Shown piece after piece: positions 1-8,569 of a stretch of 64,000 nucleotides of DNA (positions are counted from its first letter, which is position 1; each line of letters starts with the position of its first letter). The notes beneath the pieces were generated by a model that saw nothing but the letters and a program-made list of their open reading frames with translations, had not been told where the DNA came from and searched no databases. Source of the DNA: Oscillospiraceae bacterium (GTDB lineage Bacteria; Bacillota; Clostridia; Oscillospirales; JAGBHD01); assembly GCA_018110785.1 (NCBI GenBank), contig JAGBHD010000060.1, positions 11,238 through 75,237 on the forward strand, given 5' to 3'. Both the position numbers and the translations under genes were made by a program.

Positions 1-192
1 AAGGCGCGAACAGCTTTATATGCTATATTCTTTTGGGAAGGAATTTCGCCGCATATACAGTTTAGCTTATCCGCCTTTTTAACGGTTACCGTATCGTAAA
101 GACTTACCGTTTGCATAATGCTCGAAAGAATATGGTATCCGTCTTCCCTGATTCCCGTTATACTGAGAAAAAGATTTATTTTCGCATATGCT

Positions 193-1374
193 TTATTTTT
201 TATCTTCTTTAAGCTCATTTAAAAATTCCTCTATTCTCGATATAGCCTCTTTCAAATGATTAAGGGAATAGGAATATGAAATTCTAACAAAGCCCTCGCC
301 GCTGTCGCCAAATGCCGTTCCCGGAACAACCGCAACATTCTTGCTATATAAAAGGCGGGTACAAAATTCTTCGCTTGTAAGCCCTGTTGATTTAATCGAG
401 GGGAAAAGATAGAAAGCGCCTTTTGCGGGGAAGCATTCAAGCCCTATTTTAGAAAGAGCCGAAAGCAGATATCTTCTTCTCATATCATATTCCTTGCGCA
501 TCTTTGAAACGCTCTCTGAGCCGTTTTTCAAGGCTTCAATCGCGGCATGCTGACTGGTTGTCGGAGCGCACATTATTGCGTACTGATGAATTTTATTTAT
601 ATGCTTAATAATAGCTTCGGGGCCGAGAACATAGCCAAGGCGCCAACCTGTCATAGCGAAGGCTTTTGAAAAGCCTCCTATCAAAAGAGTTCTTTCATAT
701 AAAGAGCCGATGCTCGGAGCGCTTATATGCTCTCTTTCATATGTAAGCTCGCCGTAAATCTCGTCGGATAAAACTAAAACATTCGTTCCCTCTAATGCCT
801 CGCTTATGCCGATAAGCTCTTTTTCCGTTAAAACGGCGCCTGTCGGGTTATTAGGATAAGGCAGAATAAGGAGCTTTGTTTTATCGGTTAAATGCTCTAA
901 AACCTCTTCCTTTGTTAATCTAAACTGATTTTCGGGCTTTGTATTTATAATAACGGGAACGCCTTTCTGCAGCTCTACTAAAGGCTCATAGGCTACATAG
1001 CAGGGCTGAGGAATTAAAACCTCATCTCCCTCAGATACAAGCGCTCTGATTATAAGGTCTATACCCTCTGATCCTCCGACCGTTATTAAGCATTCATCCT
1101 CAGGGTGATAACTAACCCCGAATCTTCTTTTCTGATAGTTGCAAACCTCTTGTCTTAATTTTATCATTCCCTGATTGGAGCTATACCAGGTTGCGCCCTC
1201 ATTAAGATTTTTAACCCCTGCTTCTCTTATATTCCAAGGGGTTTTAAAATCGGGCTCACCTATGCTTAAGGAAATAACATTTTTCATCTCAGCTGCAATA
1301 TCGAAAAACTTTCTGATTCCGGAGGGCTTTAGTTCTCTTACCTCTTTCGTCAGCATTTTTTCATAATCTATCAC
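193..1374 (-). CDS. Class I/II PLP-dependent aminotransferase (AspC-like)
   Basis: 393-aa ORF. Has the PLP-lysine motif SKAFAMTGWRLGY and the PNNPTG motif. Overlaps the upstream Lrp/AsnC gene by 4 nt. Confidence 0.85.
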   Translation of the reverse strand: MIDYEKMLTKEVRELKPSGIRKFFDIAAEMKNVISLSIGEPDFKTPWNIREAGVKNLNEGATWYSSNQGMIKLRQEVCNYQKRRFGVSYHPEDECLITVGGSEGIDLIIRALVSEGDEVLIPQPCYVAYEPLVELQKGVPVIINTKPENQFRLTKEEVLEHLTDKTKLLILPYPNNPTGAVLTEKELIGISEALEGTNVLVLSDEIYGELTYEREHISAPSIGSLYERTLLIGGFSKAFAMTGWRLGYVLGPEAIIKHINKIHQYAIMCAPTTSQHAAIEALKNGSESVSKMRKEYDMRRRYLLSALSKIGLECFPAKGAFYLFPSIKSTGLTSEEFCTRLLYSKNVAVVPGTAFGDSGEGFVRISYSYSLNHLKEAISRIEEFLNELKEDKK

Positions 1375-1853
1375 AGTCCAAGCTCCCTTCTCTCATCAGA
1401 GCTTTCGCCTTCGAAGATAACATTATTGTTTTTATATTTTTTGAGAACAAAATGGGTTGCCGTTGATACGACCGATTCCAAAATAGAAATCTTTCCCGCA
1501 ACGAAATAAGCTATCTCCTGAAAGCTCTTCCCCGTTACGGTTATAGCAAGGTCGAAGCCGCCGCTCATGAGATAAACATCGGTTACCTCGGGGAAATCCA
1601 TTATTTTCTTCGCAATCTCGTCAAATCCGAAATCGGGCTTTGGAACAACTCTTAGTTCAATAAGCGCCTCAACAAGCTGTCTTTCGGTTTTCTCCCAGTT
1701 TACAACTGCTTTATATCCGCAAATTATATTTTCTTTCTCCATTTCGGCTATTTCCGCGGCAACATCCGCTTCTTCCAAGCCTAACATAACGGCGATCTCT
1801 TTCGCGCTAAGGTGCGCATCGCTTTCGAGCAAATTCAAAATATCTTTATTCAC
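1371..1853 (-). CDS. Lrp/AsnC family transcriptional regulator
   Basis: 160 aa with an N-terminal HTH (LSAKEIAVMLGLEEADV) and a C-terminal AsnC-type ligand domain. Translationally coupled to the aminotransferase. Confidence 0.8.
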   Translation of the reverse strand: MNKDILNLLESDAHLSAKEIAVMLGLEEADVAAEIAEMEKENIICGYKAVVNWEKTERQLVEALIELRVVPKPDFGFDEIAKKIMDFPEVTDVYLMSGGFDLAITVTGKSFQEIAYFVAGKISILESVVSTATHFVLKKYKNNNVIFEGESSDERRELGL

Positions 1854-1986
1854 TGTTAAGACACCTCTTTCGTCTTATATAATGGTTTAATTCTACAACA
1901 ATTTTACTTCAAAAGCAAGTAAAGACTAAAAAAACCTTTTTTATCCCTAAAAAATATGCTACAATAAGGTTAATAGGAGGTAAACT

Positions 1987-2817
1987 ATGTTTAAAAAATG
2001 CCTTTTACTAATACTTGCTTTGTCCCCCCTCGGCGGTTGCTTTGCACCCTCGAAGCATAATATCCCAAAGGAAGCCTACCCTTGCAACGCAGGAAATCTC
2101 TTAATAGAAGAAGCTCCCGAAAAAATAGCTGTTTTATCGCCTGAGCTTGAAAACATTTTAACTGCTTTCGGGCTTGAAAATACTATCGCGGCGGTATCCG
2201 ATGAATCTTCGAGAGAATGCGAATTTAAAATCGGCACCGAGCTTTATCCCAATACGGAAAAAATTATAGAAAGCGGAGCCGAATATCTTTTCTCCTTAGT
2301 AGGCTTTGAAGAAAGCGTTATAAAATCCCTTTCAGACGGCGGTGTCAGAGTTTTTGTTATTTCCGAGCCTCGTTCCTCCAACGATTTAAAAGAAATATAT
2401 GATTCTATAGCAAAAATGTTTTACGGCGCGATAGAGGCACCCAAAAAAAGCGAATCCGCTTTCGCTCCATATAAAAAAGCCTTGGAAGAATTAAAATCTA
2501 AAACAGGAGATTCTTCTTTTCTTTATCTTTCCGACCGAGATTTATCTCAGCCGATAGATACCTTTTCTTTCGGTATCCTCTCGGAAATATTTAAATCGGG
2601 AAGCGAAAATGCCGCGATTTCAGAAGATGAGCTTGCGGCTATAAACCCCACATATATTTTTATAAGCGGCAGCTTAGATGAAGCATATCTCTTATCTCTA
2701 CCCGCCGCGGAAAACCTTTCAGCGGTCGAAAACGGAAAAATCATTTCTACGGAATACGACTTCTTTAGCGGCTTTATGCCCGAACAAATAACAGCCCTTT
2801 CGCTGTTGATAGAATAA
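1987..2817 (+). CDS. Lipoprotein with periplasmic-binding-protein fold (BtuF/FhuD-like ABC substrate-binding type), orphan
   Basis: Signal peptide ending in lipobox LGGC. The N-lobe pattern KIAVLSPELENILTAFGLENTIAAVS resembles Peripla_BP_2. SD AGGAGG lies upstream. No permease or ATPase is adjacent. Confidence 0.55.
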   Translation: MFKKCLLLILALSPLGGCFAPSKHNIPKEAYPCNAGNLLIEEAPEKIAVLSPELENILTAFGLENTIAAVSDESSRECEFKIGTELYPNTEKIIESGAEYLFSLVGFEESVIKSLSDGGVRVFVISEPRSSNDLKEIYDSIAKMFYGAIEAPKKSESAFAPYKKALEELKSKTGDSSFLYLSDRDLSQPIDTFSFGILSEIFKSGSENAAISEDELAAINPTYIFISGSLDEAYLLSLPAAENLSAVENGKIISTEYDFFSGFMPEQITALSLLIE

Positions 2818-2821
2818 CAAT

Positions 2822-2856
2822 AAAAAATCGGTTGGAGTGTATCCAACCGATTTTTT
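2822..2856. terminator. Bidirectional intrinsic terminator between convergent genes
   Basis: Perfect 10-bp stem ATCGGTTGGA / TCCAACCGAT with a 5-nt loop, flanked by an A-run and a T-run. Confidence 0.8.
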
Positions 2857-2877
2857 ATTGAAAAGATTATCCTTTTG

Positions 2878-3456
2878 CTAAAGCAGATACAATCGAGAGC
2901 ATAACTCATACAACTCTTCTGCCCTCGCATAGTAAAGATCATATTCGTACCATGCATATATAATTGAAGCTCCTGTTCCTGTGGTATAAATAGCATCTAA
3001 TATTGTTTTTTCCGAAGAAAGAGCTACTTCAGCATATTCTTCCCACGCCTTACAGTGTGCTTCAAAAGTGGGCGGTATTGTTTGTCTTATATACTTAAAT
3101 GTACTTCCCTCAGGACCGAGTTCAGGAACATAGCTTCTCATTAACCCATTATACTTCTCTATCAACGCTTCCATTTTATCGCTATACTCAGCAATAGTAT
3201 TTACTGTATCAGCGTTGCTATAAATTTCCAAAAGGTGCTCTCTAAGTTCCTTATCTAATAACTGCACTTCTGTTAGCTTTTCTTCTGTGCTTTCAGTTGC
3301 TTTTTCATCTGAAACTACGGAACTGCTTTCTTCTGTTTGCTCTAGCTGTGAACTAACAGAAGAATTGTCGTCGATATCATGCTGTTGACAAGCAGATAAA
3401 CTAATTATTAGAAAAACAACCAATATGGATTTAGCCGCCCAATTAAAGCGTTTCAT
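2878..3456 (-). CDS. Lipoprotein of unknown function
   Basis: 192 aa. Signal peptide with lipobox LSAC, a Ser/Glu-rich linker, then a helical C-terminal part. Confidence 0.6.
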   Translation of the reverse strand: MKRFNWAAKSILVVFLIISLSACQQHDIDDNSSVSSQLEQTEESSSVVSDEKATESTEEKLTEVQLLDKELREHLLEIYSNADTVNTIAEYSDKMEALIEKYNGLMRSYVPELGPEGSTFKYIRQTIPPTFEAHCKAWEEYAEVALSSEKTILDAIYTTGTGASIIYAWYEYDLYYARAEELYELCSRLYLL

Positions 3457-3528
3457 TTTAATTCCCCCGTCGCAACAAATTTACGCTATATCCTATCATT
3501 CTAAGCATAAAAACTATTTTTCTACACA

Positions 3529-3972
3529 TTACATGTAGTTCTTTTTTATAGTCTCTAACACTTTCTCATCTGACAAGTCTTTATGCCACCAATGATTGCA
3601 TATTCCTTTTTCATCTTCTTTTCTTCTATTGTCCGAAATTGCCAATGTACATAATAACACTTTAAATCCATTTGCAAGTTCATTTTCCGGCAAACGGCAA
3701 ATTTTATATCCAAACTTTTGAAACGGCTCTTTTTGATTTAACAACATAATTGTAGGTGTTGCGCGACCTTTTTTTATATTATTTGCCGCAACAGAAATAT
3801 CATTTGTTGTTGCTCCCGATTGTATAACCATATTTAACAAAGCAAATAAAATACTGCGCCTATCTTCAACATTATAGTTTAAGAACCATGCTTCCATTTC
3901 CTCTAATGTAAATATATTTTGCACAAACTGATTCAATTTTATTTCTTCATTTATATTTAATATCCTATTCAC
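3529..3972 (-). CDS. Hypothetical soluble protein, probably DUF5958-like
   Basis: 147 aa with a GTG start and AAGGGG SD. The LNQFVQ ... LPENE ... DNRRKE ... CNHWWHKDL pattern matches my recollection of the DUF5958 family. This is memory-based and not searched. Confidence 0.5.
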   Translation of the reverse strand: MNRILNINEEIKLNQFVQNIFTLEEMEAWFLNYNVEDRRSILFALLNMVIQSGATTNDISVAANNIKKGRATPTIMLLNQKEPFQKFGYKICRLPENELANGFKVLLCTLAISDNRRKEDEKGICNHWWHKDLSDEKVLETIKKNYM

Positions 3973-4063
3973 TAAGCTAACCCCTTATCTTCGTTACAAA
4001 AACTCATCAATGGCAATATCATTACCCGACATTTCAGCTTTCCAATATGGATTTGATATTCTT

Positions 4064-4477
4064 CTAATATTTATGAGTTCTTTTATAATGTGCTTCTTTA
4101 ATAGAATACATTATAATTTTTACTATCAAAAACATATGCCCAACAAATATAGCAATAAGGTACCATATTATTCTATAAAACTTAAGTTTTTCATAGTCAT
4201 AAAAAACTTGAGTCAAAAAAACAGTAAACACGATAATCGACAATGTCGTAAAAAAACCATGATATATTAGGCCTAAAATATTTGCATATTGACGCTGGAA
4301 TTTTGTTGTTTTTAATTTAGTATTTACAATAGATGAAACTTTTTTTGGCACCTTTACAACCATTGTAAAATATTTTTTCTCTTGAGGGGCTTCCGACACC
4401 AATTTCCCTATAAATAGTATGTGTATAAACATTAGAAAACAAATTAAAAATTCTTTAGCAAATAACATTAATTCCAT
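4064..4477 (-). CDS. Hypothetical membrane protein (about 3 TM helices)
   Basis: I prefer the ATG at 4477, which is preceded by GCGGAG. The ORF-track GTG start at 4528 lies inside the conserved 37-nt repeat and has no SD. Hydrophobic segments flank a Lys-rich loop. Confidence 0.5.
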   Translation of the reverse strand: MELMLFAKEFLICFLMFIHILFIGKLVSEAPQEKKYFTMVVKVPKKVSSIVNTKLKTTKFQRQYANILGLIYHGFFTTLSIIVFTVFLTQVFYDYEKLKFYRIIWYLIAIFVGHMFLIVKIIMYSIKEAHYKRTHKY

Positions 4478-4507
4478 TTTTTCTCCGCTTTTGCCTCTAC
4501 TTCTGCT

Positions 4508-4544
4508 TTTATATTTCAAGTTTTTCACAAATTGATAGTATTAA
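4508..4544 (-). repeat. 37-nt direct repeat, copy A (TTAATACTATCAATTTGTGAAAAACTTGAAATATAAA on the minus strand)
   Basis: 34/37 identical to 7381..7417 in the same orientation. Lies in the intergenic region 5' of the 4064..4477 gene. Confidence 0.85.
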
Positions 4545-4552
4545 TCTATTTG

Positions 4553-4975
4553 CTACTGGTTTAGTGAATTATCTATTAGTTTATAGTATTGCTTAACCGC
4601 TTTTCTTGCCGAACAACCTAACTGAAAGTATTGGTTGGATACTGCGAACTGTTGTGGTTTGCCAAATTCATTATATACTATCACCTCTATTGAGGGCATC
4701 AGGAAGCGAGAACTTCTTTTCAACTCGGCAATACTATCCCACTCATATGTCCAAAGCTGTATTCCAGACTTCTGACAGGCGATTCCAATTTCATTGATTG
4801 TAATAAACTCATTATGTAGTTTTGGATTAACCAACATGAGTATGACAACGGGGAAAATACATAAAAGAGATAGCCCGAATCCTATTGTCGGAATTAAAGA
4901 CAAACATAATATTGCCATAACAATACAGAAAATTTCGCTCTGATAAAACAACAAAGAATCTTTTCGAAATGTCAT
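4553..4975 (-). CDS. Hypothetical membrane protein (2 TM plus a small C-terminal domain)
   Basis: 140 aa. Two N-terminal hydrophobic helices are followed by a beta-rich domain of about 80 aa. No family recognised. Confidence 0.5.
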   Translation of the reverse strand: MTFRKDSLLFYQSEIFCIVMAILCLSLIPTIGFGLSLLCIFPVVILMLVNPKLHNEFITINEIGIACQKSGIQLWTYEWDSIAELKRSSRFLMPSIEVIVYNEFGKPQQFAVSNQYFQLGCSARKAVKQYYKLIDNSLNQ

Positions 4976-5150
4976 AGAATCACCATCTCAAAATGAATTG
5001 TTCTCCAAGGCCATATACTTGATACTGCTCCTGAGAAGTCGCACACCGATTCCGAAACAAGCGACCATGCTACATTAAGCGAATTGGCTAAAGCGGTATT
5101 CAGTGTATATCCATAGATTTTCTTGAAAAAATGTTTTCACTTTAGCCATA

Positions 5151-5179
5151 AGTATAAAGGATAGTTTGGGTATTGTCAA
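5151..5179 (-). promoter_or_regulatory. Sigma-A-type promoter (TTGACA-17-TATACT) for the 4553..4975 gene
   Basis: The -35 TTGACA is at 5179..5174 and the -10 TATACT at 5156..5151, with a 17-nt spacer. This predicts a 5' UTR of about 169 nt. Confidence 0.6.
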
Positions 5180-5325
5180 GATTGGCAGGGCTCCGCGCTT
5201 TTCCCTTATCGCCCCCTCAAATTCGCACCTATTTTCAAGTTCTACCGACAGTAGAGTTTGCTTTGGGGCGCGCAGTGGGGAGTTGCCTTTCGTGGGCAAT
5301 AAATGCTGTCGCACTATATGGGGTG

Positions 5326-5369
5326 CGATAAAAGGATAAGAGGATACGCTTTTTGCATACCCTCTTATC
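5326..5369 (-). terminator. Intrinsic terminator of the 5368..5892 gene
   Basis: Hairpin GATAAGAGG...CCTCTTATC (9 bp plus imperfect extension) overlaps the stop codon. It is followed by CTTTTATCG on the minus strand. Confidence 0.55.
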
Positions 5370-5892
5370 ATTCAATAGAAATTACAGATAGAACTTTTCT
5401 ATTATTGCAGAAATCTATCAATGCCGATTTGAAATCTTCCATAGTTTTATATTCCGTATCATCTATATAATATAGTTTATCAAAAAACTTATCATAAAAA
5501 CGGCTGTAATCCGAACTTGCTCCAATCTTTACAATAGATTCATTTATCTTAATCTTAATATCAATAATATCGTTATCTAACAATAATTTTATAATATCAT
5601 CAAACTTATAATCTATATAGGATTCATTATTCTCTTTTTTTCTTTCTTCTCTCTTTAAAAATGGAAGAAAAATTAAATCTATAATAGATATAACCGAAGA
5701 CATCAAAGTTGGAATAACGATAATAAGACTTATTAGTGTAACACCATGATTCAAAATGCTATTATTGTTAAGAATCGGGAAAATACTGGTGCGATATATC
5801 ATTAAAAATATAACACTTACGCCTAAAATAATTTTTAAGCTCAATTTTAGATATGGATTAAGATTCTCAAAAAATTTAATTGCTTTATTCAC
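5368..5892 (-). CDS. Hypothetical membrane protein (2 TM plus an acidic C-terminal domain)
   Basis: 174 aa with a GTG start and TAGGTGG SD. Very AT-rich coding sequence. No family recognised. Confidence 0.5.
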   Translation of the reverse strand: MNKAIKFFENLNPYLKLSLKIILGVSVIFLMIYRTSIFPILNNNSILNHGVTLISLIIVIPTLMSSVISIIDLIFLPFLKREERKKENNESYIDYKFDDIIKLLLDNDIIDIKIKINESIVKIGASSDYSRFYDKFFDKLYYIDDTEYKTMEDFKSALIDFCNNRKVLSVISIE

Positions 5893-5957
5893 TATGCCAC
5901 CTATTTATTAAATCTGTAATCTCGTAACGGCTTCTCGTTTTTTAATTACTTGCGATA

Positions 5958-6608
5958 TTAAGACAATGATTTCTTCCATGTTTTATAAGGAATCATCTGT
6001 GTTTTGCTATCAAATTTATTATAACAAGATACTATTATACGGCTATCATACATAGCAAAAATTTCATCGAAATATTCTTTATAAAGGTTTATCATTTCTT
6101 CGGTTATATATGCCGATACCTCTGTTTTATTAAATAATATTTTTAAATTATCTGAAGTTAAAAAAGTATAACATAAAAGTTCTTTTTCTCCCGAAGGTAT
6201 AACACTAATACCATTAGGCAACATATCTGGTCTAAATGTGCTCTCCGATTTATAAAGCGATATTATTGCTTTTTGCTTACCATTAGCATCACAAATTGGG
6301 AAAAACTTCTGATCAACTGCACCTCTGATTGTTATTGCTTTAATCTTAGAATATGGTAGTTTTTTATAAGTCCAAAACCACCAACATAATTTTATTTCTG
6401 ATTCGGAAAAAACACAATAAAATAGTTTCATATAATAGTAAGCTATTAAAACAATTAAAGAGGCAATAAAGAAAGCCAGACATAAATATATAATCTCAAA
6501 TAATAACTGCCTTTCTATCTGCAAAATGCTCAGAACAGCCACAATAAGGATTGATGTTAAGAGCACGAAAAGACTAAGAAGATATATCGGTTTCAATTTT
6601 TCTTTCAT
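5958..6608 (-). CDS. Hypothetical membrane protein (2 TM plus a soluble C-terminal domain)
   Basis: 216 aa with TAAGGAGC SD. The topology is similar to the 4553..4975 product, but any sequence similarity is only vague. Confidence 0.5.
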   Translation of the reverse strand: MKEKLKPIYLLSLFVLLTSILIVAVLSILQIERQLLFEIIYLCLAFFIASLIVLIAYYYMKLFYCVFSESEIKLCWWFWTYKKLPYSKIKAITIRGAVDQKFFPICDANGKQKAIISLYKSESTFRPDMLPNGISVIPSGEKELLCYTFLTSDNLKILFNKTEVSAYITEEMINLYKEYFDEIFAMYDSRIIVSCYNKFDSKTQMIPYKTWKKSLS

Positions 6609-6708
6609 ATAAAGCTTGCTCCTTAGTTTCTTTTTACAAAACCTCTTTTATTACTTATTTTCTGCAAAGACATAAGCGCTTTTTAGTATATATTCCCTTT
6701 GCATATTG

Positions 6709-6984
6709 CTAAACTAAAATTTTTATTAAATTCGCAATTATCCCAAGCAAAAAGCATATCGGGAAAAACCAAAAGAGAATTTTTATTATAGTTCGAATTT
6801 TCGGATTTATCTTTTCTTCTCTGCTTAAAAAGAAAAATATTACTTCGATAGGTGCCAAAAACAAAAAGAGTCCTATTGCATTTCCTAAAATAGTCTGCGG
6901 GCGAAGACCTTCAATTTGCATACCTTCTACTATGTACAAGTTTATTATAAAAAATATTATCGGGATTATATACTTCTTTTTCAT
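6709..6984 (-). CDS. Small hypothetical membrane protein (about 3 TM)
   Basis: 91 aa, almost entirely hydrophobic, with AGAGGGA SD. Confidence 0.45.
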   Translation of the reverse strand: MKKKYIIPIIFFIINLYIVEGMQIEGLRPQTILGNAIGLFLFLAPIEVIFFFLSREEKINPKIRTIIKILFWFFPICFLLGIIANLIKILV

Positions 6985-6999
6985 TTATATTCCCTCTTT

Positions 7000-7362
7000 T
7001 TAGGAATCTCTGTCGAAAAATGATTCCTCGATTACTTTTTCTATTTCTAAAGAAACCGGAATCCAGTCTTCCCCGCTTTTTGAAAGATTTACGTAGACTA
7101 TAAGTCTATAATCTCCCACATAAACGGAATAAGGAACTTTCATTGAGGTTTCGGTTTTTTCTATTTTTTTAAAAACCATTCTTCCAACACTAATAACCTC
7201 GCCATATTCAGCGAAAACTTCTTCACTTTCCCATATGTACGGCATAGCTATCTGGTCTGTGGAGTTATTTCTAACTGCATTAAATAGAAAAAGGACAACT
7301 GAAGCAAATATAGCATACCCTAATAATACAAACAACACTATCTTAAAAACTTTTTTCTTCAT
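7000..7362 (-). CDS. Hypothetical single-pass membrane/secreted protein
   Basis: I prefer the ATG at 7362 (MKKKVFKIVLF...), which has TAAGGGA upstream. The ORF-track GTG at 7401 sits inside the 37-nt repeat with no SD. Confidence 0.5.
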   Translation of the reverse strand: MKKKVFKIVLFVLLGYAIFASVVLFLFNAVRNNSTDQIAMPYIWESEEVFAEYGEVISVGRMVFKKIEKTETSMKVPYSVYVGDYRLIVYVNLSKSGEDWIPVSLEIEKVIEESFFDRDS

Positions 7363-7380
7363 TTTATCTTTTCCCTTACA

Positions 7381-7417
7381 TTTATGTTTCAAATTTTTCA
7401 CAAATTGATAGTTTTAA
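7381..7417 (-). repeat. 37-nt direct repeat, copy B (TTAAAACTATCAATTTGTGAAAAATTTGAAACATAAA on the minus strand)
   Basis: 34/37 identical to 4508..4544. Its first 4 nt include the alr stop codon (7414..7416). Confidence 0.85.
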
Positions 7418-8514
7418 TTTTCGGGAATATATTTGCGAGGGACTCTTTTGCCGATGGTGCAGACGATTTCATAATTGATGGTGCCGCAAGCGCGGGCAAT
7501 TTCGTCGGCGGAAATCTCTTCGCCGATTAAGATGACCTCGTCGCCCATTTTAACATTTTCGACAGCTGTTATATCTACCATTATCTGATCCATACAAACT
7601 CTCCCGATAACGGGACATCTTTTGCCGCCTATTAGAACATCTCTTCCCTCTAAGGATCTTCTATAGCCATCGGCATAGCCGACAGGGACTGTTGCAACAT
7701 AGGTTTCTTTTTCAGTTTTATATTTTCTGCCATAGCTTATAAAGCTATCTTTCGGCAATTTCTTAACCATAGACACAACCGAACGGAAAGAAAGAACGGG
7801 TTTTAAATCTATATCGTAGCTTTCATCAGAGGGCATAAGTCCATAAAGAATAATTCCGATTCTGCAAAGATTTGTAAAGCCATTGGGCTTTTTCAATGCG
7901 CCTGCGCTATTACAGGAATGAATATATGTAAAATTAAAGCCTAAATTTTTAAGTCCTTCTACCTTATCTTTAAAAAGCTTTTCCTGCATTTCGGTATATT
8001 TTACCGACTCTTCATCGAACATATCAGCGCTCGAATAATGGGTAAATACTCCCTCAACTAAAAGTCCTTCAAGGTCGACCGATTTTTTTATCTCTTCGGG
8101 GGAAGAGGTAAAGCCGATACGGCCCATACCTGTATCAATTACGATATGTACTCTTACTGAAACGCCCTGCTTTTCGGCATTTTCAGAGAGCATTTTCGCA
8201 AACTCTTCGGAATAAACCGCCTGAGAAATATTATTTTCGCTTAAAATTTTAGCGTCTTCCCCGTCGGTATAGCCTAAAATAAGAATTTCGCCCTTTACTC
8301 CCGCTTTTCTTAAAGAAAGCGCCTCTTTTACGCAGGACACACAGAAAAAGCGAACACCGAGCTTTTCTAAAAACGGGGCTACTACCTTATCGCCATGTCC
8401 GTAGGCATCCGCTTTAACTACACAGGCTATTTCCTTTTCACCGACAGCTTCTTTTATTCTCTCATAGTTATATTTTAAATTATTAAGGTTTATAAGCGCG
8501 TATGTCTTATCCAT
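7414..8514 (-). CDS. alr: Alanine racemase
   Basis: 366 aa with the PLP-lysine motif VVKADAYGHG and a typical alanine racemase C-terminal beta domain. Confidence 0.92.
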   Translation of the reverse strand: MDKTYALINLNNLKYNYERIKEAVGEKEIACVVKADAYGHGDKVVAPFLEKLGVRFFCVSCVKEALSLRKAGVKGEILILGYTDGEDAKILSENNISQAVYSEEFAKMLSENAEKQGVSVRVHIVIDTGMGRIGFTSSPEEIKKSVDLEGLLVEGVFTHYSSADMFDEESVKYTEMQEKLFKDKVEGLKNLGFNFTYIHSCNSAGALKKPNGFTNLCRIGIILYGLMPSDESYDIDLKPVLSFRSVVSMVKKLPKDSFISYGRKYKTEKETYVATVPVGYADGYRRSLEGRDVLIGGKRCPVIGRVCMDQIMVDITAVENVKMGDEVILIGEEISADEIARACGTINYEIVCTIGKRVPRKYIPEN

Positions 8515-8569
8515 TTCGCACCCTCTTCAAGATGATTTGAAAATATTTTACCACACACCGCCATAGTTT

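Noticed and set aside
1-192. Partial ORFs at the left window edge. One is a minus-strand ATG at 116 reading MQTVSLYDTVTVKKADKLNCICGEIPSQ... out of the window. The other is a plus-strand frame ending at TAA 97..99.
   Set aside because: Both are too short to identify, neither has a clear SD or terminator, and the two options conflict. Left unannotated.
4478-4528. GTG start giving an MKNLKYKSRSRGKSGEK N-terminal extension (and the equivalent at 7363..7401)
   Set aside because: There is no SD before the GTG, while the internal ATGs have GGAG/AAGGGA at proper spacing. The conserved nucleotides extend upstream of the GTG, so they look like a DNA/RNA element rather than coding sequence. The in-frame extension cannot be excluded.
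5038-5044. GTGCGAC on the minus strand as a group II intron 5' end
   Set aside because: There is no reverse-transcriptase ORF, no domain V-like sequence and no matching 3' end. It is most likely a chance heptamer within a 5' UTR.
5075-5371. 98-aa minus-strand ORF in the island gap
   Set aside because: It would start inside the terminator hairpin of the upstream gene and read through a consensus promoter. It has no SD and an implausible composition. I treat the region as non-coding (see the finding on 4976..5326).
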